Shown: one piece after another, positions 57,932-64,000 of the stretch
How positions within the stretch are numbered: position 1 is the stretch's first letter
How the letters are laid out: each line of letters opens with the position of its first letter
Origin: a virus
Strand: one strand, 5' to 3'
Length of the DNA stretch: 64,000 nt
Virus record (IMG/VR): IMGVR_UViG_3300042945_002173
Position numbers and translations under genes: made by a program
Notes under the pieces: model-generated
The model's database searches: none
What the model saw: only the letters and a program-made list of their open reading frames with translations
Told to the model about the DNA's origin: nothing

Positions 57932-58564
57932 ATGCAAAACATCTTTACTGTAGCCCTGCCCCTTCTGGCATCGGTTACAACCAATATGGCAACACTGCCT
58001 GTATTTCCTCCTTTGACGGCACCACCAGCGCCATTTTCTGTTGTTAAGGAGTTTGAAACTACGACAGCGATCCGAGAGGTTGCTCCCGAAAAGCCAAAAG
58101 AGAAAAGGCTAATTTGTAAAGGGTGTTCAGAACATGAACAACTTGCCTTGGATTATTTCCAAGATCAAGGAATTAAAGACAGAAACGCCCTTGCTACTAT
58201 CATGGGCAATATTAAGCAGGAATCTATGTTCGTGCCTAATATTTGTGAAGGTGGTAGCAGGACTCAGTACCATCACTGCGGTCGTGGTTATGGACTGATC
58301 CAATGGACATCTGCCGATCGTTATTATGGATTGGGTGATTTTGCTAAGAAGTTTGGTGGTTCTCCATCAACACTTCCAACGCAACTTCGTTATCTGACGA
58401 ATGAAGTTCAATGGAAACGAATCGAAGACCGAATGAAAACTCCTGGTAAGTCTATCGATCGCTACATGAACTATGCGTACAGTTGGATTGGTTGGGGCAT
58501 TCATGGTGCTCGTACATCTTATGCTCATGAATATGCTAACCGACTGATCACGGTAGAAGTTTGA
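57932..58564 (+). CDS. Phage tail lysozyme-like (Phage_lysozyme2) cell-wall hydrolase
   Basis: ALATIMGNIKQES, GYGLIQWT. Confidence 0.75.
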   Translation: MQNIFTVALPLLASVTTNMATLPVFPPLTAPPAPFSVVKEFETTTAIREVAPEKPKEKRLICKGCSEHEQLALDYFQDQGIKDRNALATIMGNIKQESMFVPNICEGGSRTQYHHCGRGYGLIQWTSADRYYGLGDFAKKFGGSPSTLPTQLRYLTNEVQWKRIEDRMKTPGKSIDRYMNYAYSWIGWGIHGARTSYAHEYANRLITVEV

Positions 58565-58633
58565 CAAACTGAATAGGTGAGGGGGGCTTGACAGATGCCC
58601 TCCTCCCATCTATAATAAACAAGTGATTCAATT

Positions 58634-58707
58634 GGACCAGTAACTCAGTGGACAAGAGTATCCGCCTTCTAAGCGGTTAGCCGTAGGTTCGAATCCTACC
58701 TGGTCCG
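58634..58707 (+). tRNA. tRNA-Arg(TCT)
   Basis: Cloverleaf; CCGC-CT-TCT-AA-GCGG; promoter TTGACA-17-TATAAT at 58588-58616. Confidence 0.92.
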
Positions 58708-58734
58708 TTGGAGATTTATTCTCCAAATTTATAA

Positions 58735-58806
58735 TCCACAATGGCGCAGCGGTAGCGCAGATGACTGTTAATCATTTGGTCCCTGGTTCGAATCCAGGTT
58801 GTGGAG
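58735..58806 (+). tRNA. tRNA-Asn(GTT)
   Basis: TCCACAA/TTGTGGA acceptor stem; GTT anticodon. Confidence 0.92.
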
Positions 58807-58886
58807 TAGGGAGAACTAGAAATGTCTGGGACTTCCTCTAAATCCTAAGTTTACTTAGGTCGGGGATTTGATCACCCCCGCTAGTT

Positions 58887-58958
58887 GCCCTTGTAGCTCA
58901 GTGGTAGAGCGCGGCTTTTGTAAAGCCGATGTCGCAAGTTCAAATCTTGTCGGGGGCT
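58887..58958 (+). tRNA. tRNA-Thr(TGT)
   Basis: CGGCT-TT-TGT-AA-AGCCG. Confidence 0.9.
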
Positions 58959-59012
58959 TGACATAATATTCATTATGTCTTATACTTTACAAGTCCGTGT
59001 GAAGTGAAGTGC

Positions 59013-59084
59013 TGAGAGTGAAGCCAAAAGTAAGGCACCCCGACAAGGGATACAGTAGAAGGATGCGAAACCTTCCACTCTCAC
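59013..59084 (+). ncRNA. tRNA-like RNA with degenerate anticodon arm
   Basis: TGAGAGTG/CACTCTCA stem, GCC/GGC arm, GAAGG/CCTTC T-like arm; upstream promoter TTGACA-17-TATACT. Confidence 0.45.
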
Positions 59085-59087
59085 ATT

Positions 59088-59159
59088 GCGGAGTTAGTTC
59101 AGTGGTAGAACGCTATCCTTCCAAGTTAGATGTCGTCGGTTCGAATCCGATACTCCGCT
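59088..59159 (+). tRNA. tRNA-Gly(TCC)
   Basis: GCGGAGT/ACTCCGC acceptor stem; TCC anticodon. Confidence 0.92.
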
Positions 59160-59280
59160 TATAAAACCAAAAAGCTTGACTGATCCCAAAGAAAATGTTA
59201 AGATAAATACCGTGATCAATCGTGCCGCAACTACTTGCACGATTTTCACTATGTCGTTTAGTACTAAAAACAAATTTTTT

Positions 59281-60774
59281 ATGAAACTCAAACAACTGAT
59301 GCTTGCACCTGTTGCTCTGGGAATGGTTGCTCCTGTTGCTGCGAATGCCGCAGATCTGAATATGGCAGCAGTCAACCAATACTCTTCTGAGCAGGTTACA
59401 AGTGTCTCACAACTGTCTGATGTTCAACCTTCGGATTGGGCATATCAGGCACTCAGCAACCTTGTAGAGCGTTATGGTTGCGTTGCTGGTTATCCTAACG
59501 GCACCTATGGTGGTGGTAAGGCAATGACCCGATTTGAGGCAGCAGCACTTCTGAATGCTTGCCTTGACCGTGTAACCGAAGTTACTGATGAACTTCAACG
59601 TCTTGCAAAGGAGTTTGCTGATGAACTTGCAGTAATTCGTGGTCGTGTAGATAAACTGGAAGCAAAAGTGGGTGCTCTGGAAGCAACTCAATTCTCCACC
59701 ACTACCAAACTGAAAGGTGAAGCATCTTTCGTTCTTGGTGGTGTTGATAATGCTTGGGTTCCTGGTAAGGATGCCAGTACCAATGTAGGCAATACTGCTT
59801 TCAATTACGATCTTCGTATCAATCTTGATACTTCTTTCACTGGAAAGGATCTTCTTCGCACTCGTCTGCGTTCTGGTAATTTCTCTTCTCAACCCTTTGG
59901 TTCCAGTTCTTCACTGTTCAAACTGGATAAGGCAGAGAGCACTGCTGATGTAGTTAAACTGGATCGTCTGTATTATAGTTTCCCTGCTCTTGCTAAGGGT
60001 GTAACTCTGACTGCTGGTGCTCTGGTTCGTAACACTGAGATGACCTGGATTCCTTCTGCTTATAAGTCGGATGTTCTGGACTTCTTCCAACTTGCTGGTG
60101 CTCCTGGTGTCTACAACAAGGCAACTGGTTCTGGTTTTGGTGCTCAATGGGTGCAAGGTAAGAAAGGTTTTGTTGCTGGTCTGAACTATGTTGCACAAGG
60201 TGGTTCTGATTCCACCAAAGGTGAGTTTAACGAAAAAGGTGCTCTGAACACTCTTGCTCAGATTGGTTACCGTGCTCCTAATTATGGTGTTGCATTCGGT
60301 TATCGTTATGGTACTGAAGGCACTCGTGTTCGCACCTTCAATGGTGTTCTGGGTTCTTCTGGTGCTCTTGCTCCTGGTCAAACCTCTAATGGTTATGCTC
60401 TGAGTGCTTACTGGCAACCTTCCAAGTCTGGCATCATTCCTTCTGTGAGTGGTGGTTATGGTTGGAATACTGTAAGTCTGAATGCCGAAGGTGAAGCAAC
60501 TCCTAATGGCGCTACCGATTCGCAAACTTGGTACGCTGGTCTCCAGTGGTCTGATGTACTTGCTAAGGGTAATTCTGCTGGTTTTGCTATCGGTCAGCCT
60601 GGTAATGCAGAAGGACTTACTAAGGAAGCAACTATGTGGGAACTGTTCTATAAGTATCGTGTGAGCGACAACATCACTGTTACTCCTGCAGTGTTCTATG
60701 TTTCGAACAATCAGGCACTTTCGGATACCTCTTCCAACTATGGTGGTGTAATTCAAACTACCTTCCGTTTCTGA
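59281..60774 (+). CDS. Cyanobacterial SLH-domain porin (Som/OprB-like)
   Basis: Signal peptide, SDVQPSDWAYQAL..LVERYGC SLH, QFSTTTKL.GE, C-terminal TTFRF. Confidence 0.92.
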   Translation: MKLKQLMLAPVALGMVAPVAANAADLNMAAVNQYSSEQVTSVSQLSDVQPSDWAYQALSNLVERYGCVAGYPNGTYGGGKAMTRFEAAALLNACLDRVTEVTDELQRLAKEFADELAVIRGRVDKLEAKVGALEATQFSTTTKLKGEASFVLGGVDNAWVPGKDASTNVGNTAFNYDLRINLDTSFTGKDLLRTRLRSGNFSSQPFGSSSSLFKLDKAESTADVVKLDRLYYSFPALAKGVTLTAGALVRNTEMTWIPSAYKSDVLDFFQLAGAPGVYNKATGSGFGAQWVQGKKGFVAGLNYVAQGGSDSTKGEFNEKGALNTLAQIGYRAPNYGVAFGYRYGTEGTRVRTFNGVLGSSGALAPGQTSNGYALSAYWQPSKSGIIPSVSGGYGWNTVSLNAEGEATPNGATDSQTWYAGLQWSDVLAKGNSAGFAIGQPGNAEGLTKEATMWELFYKYRVSDNITVTPAVFYVSNNQALSDTSSNYGGVIQTTFRF

Positions 60775-60796
60775 TAAACCACTCATAAGTTGAGTG

Positions 60797-60824
60797 AAAG
60801 CACCCCAGAAAGGGGTGCTTTTTT
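60797..60824 (+). terminator. Intrinsic terminator
   Basis: AAAGCACCCC-AGAAA-GGGGTGCTTT plus T run. Confidence 0.85.
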
Positions 60825-60834
60825 ATGAAACCAG

Positions 60835-60867
60835 AACCTTAACCAAATCTTAGTGGACTTTAAGGTT
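60835..60867 (+). promoter_or_regulatory. Putative Pho box upstream of pstS
   Basis: CTTAACCA-AAT-CTTAGTGG-AC-TTTAAGGT, roughly 11-bp periodic PyTTAA repeats. Confidence 0.5.
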
Positions 60868-60918
60868 CTCTTCCAGTATTATTACTTACGAAGTCAATTC
60901 ACTTCCAAAAAACTTTTT

Positions 60919-61881
60919 ATGAAACTCAAAAATCTTATTGCTATTGGTCTGGTTGCTGCTCCTGCTGCTGCTCTTGCTGGACCTGCTCTGAATGGTGCTG
61001 GAGCTACGTTTCCCGCCCCAATTTATCAACGATGGTTCCAGGATTTTGCTTCGTCTACTGGAAATCGTGTTAATTACCAATCTGTTGGTTCTGGTGCTGG
61101 TGTTCGTCAGTTCATCGCTGGGACCGTCGATTTTGGTGCGTCTGATGAACCGATCAAAGCATCGGAAGCAGCAAAGGTGAAGCGTGGTGTCGTTCAAATC
61201 CCTATGGTGGGTGGAACGATTGCTGTCGCTTATAACAAACCTGGATGCAAACTAAAACTGACCCAGAAGCAAACCGTTGATGTATTCTCTGGACGCATTA
61301 AGGATTGGAAAGCACTTGGTTGCTCCGCTGGTCCTATTCAAGTGGTGTATCGTTCTGATGGATCTGGAACTACCTTTGCATTCACCAACTCTCTGGATGC
61401 ATTCGGTGGTTGGGCTCCTGGTGTTGGTAAGGCAGTCAAGTGGCCTACTGGTGTTGGTTCAAAAGGTAACGAAGGTGTTGCTGGAACCATCAAGAACACT
61501 GCTGGTGCGATTGGCTATGTGAATACTGGATTTGTTCGTGCTAACAAACTCCAAGCAGCAGTTCTTCAAAACAAGGCAGGTAAGTTTGTTGGACCTTCTG
61601 CTGCAACTGGTTCTGCTGCTCTGAATGGTATTACTCTGGATGCAAACCTTGCTGGCGAGAACCCCAATCCTGCTGGTGTAAATGCATATCCCATTTCTAC
61701 TTTGACTTGGATTCTTGCTTATAAGAAAGGTAATGGTGCAAAGGCAGATGATATTCGTGCCGCTATTAACTATGCTCTAAGCACAAAGGCACAATCTATT
61801 GCTGATGATCTTGGATATGTTCCTCTTTCTGGTAGCGTTCTGAACAAAGCACGTCTTGCTGTTGGTCGCATCGGTAACTGA
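60919..61881 (+). CDS. pstS: Phosphate ABC transporter substrate-binding protein
   Basis: GAGATFPAP.Y, YQSVGSGAG, DFGASD, RSDGSGTT, GNEGV. Confidence 0.96.
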   Translation: MKLKNLIAIGLVAAPAAALAGPALNGAGATFPAPIYQRWFQDFASSTGNRVNYQSVGSGAGVRQFIAGTVDFGASDEPIKASEAAKVKRGVVQIPMVGGTIAVAYNKPGCKLKLTQKQTVDVFSGRIKDWKALGCSAGPIQVVYRSDGSGTTFAFTNSLDAFGGWAPGVGKAVKWPTGVGSKGNEGVAGTIKNTAGAIGYVNTGFVRANKLQAAVLQNKAGKFVGPSAATGSAALNGITLDANLAGENPNPAGVNAYPISTLTWILAYKKGNGAKADDIRAAINYALSTKAQSIADDLGYVPLSGSVLNKARLAVGRIGN

Positions 61882-62266
61882 CATACATAGGGGGGTTGAC
61901 AAAACCCCCTTTTTAATGTATTATAGATAACGAGTTAGGAGGTTTATGTCTCTTATTTCCCAAACAGACCGTCAAATGGTCATTGAGGCGCTTGAATACT
62001 ATATTCATAAACTAAAAGAAGATAATTGTACAGAAGCATCAATTTATGCATATAATACACTTCTTCGTTGGATAGAACTGGAGTACTTTAAGAATGAAAA
62101 TTAATCTCTGGTTCTGCATTGAAATGAATCAATGGCGTTGGACTCTGACAGATGACCATCGTCCAATTATCAAACAAGAATCTGGGCAAAGGGAAAATCT
62201 CCGTGACGCTATGAATGATGTAGCAAATACAGTTGAATATCTTATGAGTCAATCTTGACTTTTTAT

Positions 62267-62338
62267 GGGCGATTGGCGCAGCGGTAGCGCAGCTGCTTTA
62301 CACGCAGACGGTCATTGGTTCGAATCCGATATTGCCCA
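62267..62338 (+). tRNA. tRNA-Val(TAC)
   Basis: CTGC-TT-TAC-AC-GCAG; GGTTCGAATCC. Confidence 0.92.
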
Positions 62339-62383
62339 TTATAAATATTTAAAAAAATTGAAGAAGTATAACTGATTATACAA

Positions 62384-62641
62384 ATGGAAAATTTAAGAAT
62401 CAGATGCCGCTCCTGTGGAAAGGAGTTAGAGGGGCATCCTACGAAAACTGTGTCTTGTGGTTGCTCTAATATGGCATCCATTCGTGGTGATAAGATTTCA
62501 GCAGTTGACTTATCTGCTGTTATTATGTTAAACTCTTATGGTCATAAATCAAAACCTGGTGTTCTTACTAACGAAGATCTTGCCTTCCAAGAGGCAAGAA
62601 GACAACGTAAAGTAAGACGTTTAGATTTTGAAGTCCGTTGA
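62384..62641 (+). CDS. Zn-ribbon hypothetical protein
   Basis: CRSCG...SCGCSN; TATAAATA upstream. Confidence 0.6.
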   Translation: MENLRIRCRSCGKELEGHPTKTVSCGCSNMASIRGDKISAVDLSAVIMLNSYGHKSKPGVLTNEDLAFQEARRQRKVRRLDFEVR

Positions 62642-62652
62642 GGACTTTTATT

Positions 62653-62739
62653 GGAAGCGTGGCAGAGTCCGGTTTATTGCGTTTGTCTTGAAAACAAATG
62701 AGGGTAAGACCTCCACTGGTTCGAATCCAGTCGCTTCCG
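62653..62739 (+). tRNA. tRNA-Ser(TGA)
   Basis: GGAAGCG/CGCTTCC acceptor stem; TTTGT-CT-TGA-AA-ACAAA; long variable arm. Confidence 0.92.
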
Positions 62740-62997
62740 TTACAAATATTACAAAATTTTAGATTTTCTTAATCTATATTTTTGTATCAACACAAACTTG
62801 ACATAGTACAAATACCCACTAGCATAACTAGTAGTATTCAACCTAAACCCTATGGATCAGCGCACCTACGATAATTGGGTGAAGATCAAGGAGACTTTTG
62901 AAGCCTCTGGGAACATGGATAATATGTTCTATAAGAGAGCAGTCGAAATAGTCAAAACCCGCAGAGATCCTCTTGCAAAGTTTCTTGGAGATGAGAA

Positions 62998-63204
62998 ATG
63001 ATGGAACCATTTGATGATGATTATGTAACTCGCACAGAAGTGCAGGAGATGATCGATGCAGCAATACGACGACACAACCGTAATGCTTCTATCATTAGTA
63101 TGTGCGTCGGTTGGGTGGTTCTTGCTTTATTTGCTGAGGGACTTTTAAGGTTGATAGGCGTCATTCCACCAGTTTTGCCATGGTTAAACATTACCCTGAA
63201 ATAA
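62998..63204 (+). CDS. Small membrane protein
   Basis: MIDAAIRRHNRNASIISM followed by a TM helix. Confidence 0.55.
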   Translation: MMEPFDDDYVTRTEVQEMIDAAIRRHNRNASIISMCVGWVVLALFAEGLLRLIGVIPPVLPWLNITLK

Positions 63205-63553
63205 TAGGAATCTTTTTCCTTCTGGTGTTTGCTGCCACTATGTTCTATCAAGGAACTTGTATTATGAGAGGTCAAAGAGGATATTCACTCAGAGATTATA
63301 TGAAACAAGAAAGTTCAAGTATGCGTAAACGAATAGAAGAACTTTTAAAGGACAAATGATAACTTTAACCGAAGAAGATTTGCAAGAGTTGCAAGAAAGA
63401 GTCATGCGGCAAAAAATGGAAGAGTTATTTGAAGAACCATCTACTTATGAGGATGAGAAAGATGATTAAAACTTTTATATCTTCACTTTTACTTTTTAGT
63501 TCTATTGCATCGTTCATTTATTGGGGACTTACACACGCATATCCAGGAGTTGT

Positions 63554-64000
63554 ATGAAAGTAGGATTAATCGGACTAGGACGGATGGGAGAAGGAATGTC
63601 CCGTCGAATGATGAAAGCAGGTATTGAGGTTTGGGGTTATAGGAGGAATTATGAGAAAGCACAAGAAGCATATGAAAACGGATATGTTAACGGTGTTACA
63701 ACTTCTATACAAAGCCTTGCTCAGGTAGTAAAACATACTCAGAGTGGAGTATCAGACAAATATGGACCAGGCATCTTTATGATGGTTGTACCAGCAGAAA
63801 CAGTAGAGGAGACAATCAATGAGTTACTACGATATTGTGACGAAGGAGATATTATTATTGATCATGGCAATAGCAATTTTAAAGACAGTAGGAAAAGAGC
63901 AGAACGTTTGGCAAAGTTGGGTATCCAATATATTGATTGTGGCACTAGCGGTGGTGTTTATGGTCTGGATCGTGGATACTGTCTTATGGTTGGAGGTGGA
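63554..64000 (+). CDS. gnd: 6-phosphogluconate dehydrogenase (5' part; runs off the window)
   Basis: MKVGLIGLGRMG, MMVVPA, IIIDHGNS, DCGTSGG, LMVGG; AGGAG SD. Confidence 0.93.
   Translation, partial: MKVGLIGLGRMGEGMSRRMMKAGIEVWGYRRNYEKAQEAYENGYVNGVTTSIQSLAQVVKHTQSGVSDKYGPGIFMMVVPAETVEETINELLRYCDEGDIIIDHGNSNFKDSRKRAERLAKLGIQYIDCGTSGGVYGLDRGYCLMVGGG

Noticed and set aside
59911-60786. 291-aa minus-strand ORF opposite the porin
   Set aside because: Mirror of T-ending codon bias in a highly expressed gene; S/T-rich translation with no recognisable motifs.
1-64000. Stop-codon reassignment, DGR/retron or CRISPR array
   Set aside because: Core genes translate intact in the standard code; no reverse transcriptase, suppressor tRNA or repeat-spacer array was seen.

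Overview
This is a 64-kb, AT-rich segment of a T4-like cyanomyovirus (Kyanoviridae-like, probably freshwater). It holds the conserved recombination and replication core (uvsY, uvsW, g55, g47/g46, CobT/CobS-like pair, g45/g44/g62, regA, hsp20, g43, uvsX, g41, mazG, g61, nrdA, nrdB) and two free-standing GIY-YIG homing endonucleases. It also has a Dam methylase beside a putative PD-(D/E)xK nuclease, a reverse-oriented block of tail/baseplate-like genes, three cell-wall hydrolases, an autotransporter-like gene, a porin, pstS, the start of gnd and 8 tRNAs. The strongest signals not explained by standard annotation are these. (1) A dispersed family of late genes is built from shared acidic modules, including T4 capsid-targeting-sequence-like N-termini, alternating with variable basic, Glu-poor cargo. 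This suggests a modular, protease-matured internal/ejected protein system. (2) A sigma70 promoter plus a 19-nt leader is duplicated at two distant loci, one copy antisense just past the uvsW operon (candidate R-loop origin or sRNA). (3) There are several structured RNAs: a ROSE-like thermometer on hsp20, two tRNA-like elements and structured leaders. (4) A small basic ORF has its terminator before its stop codon. All calls come from motif reading and recalled family knowledge; no database searches were run.
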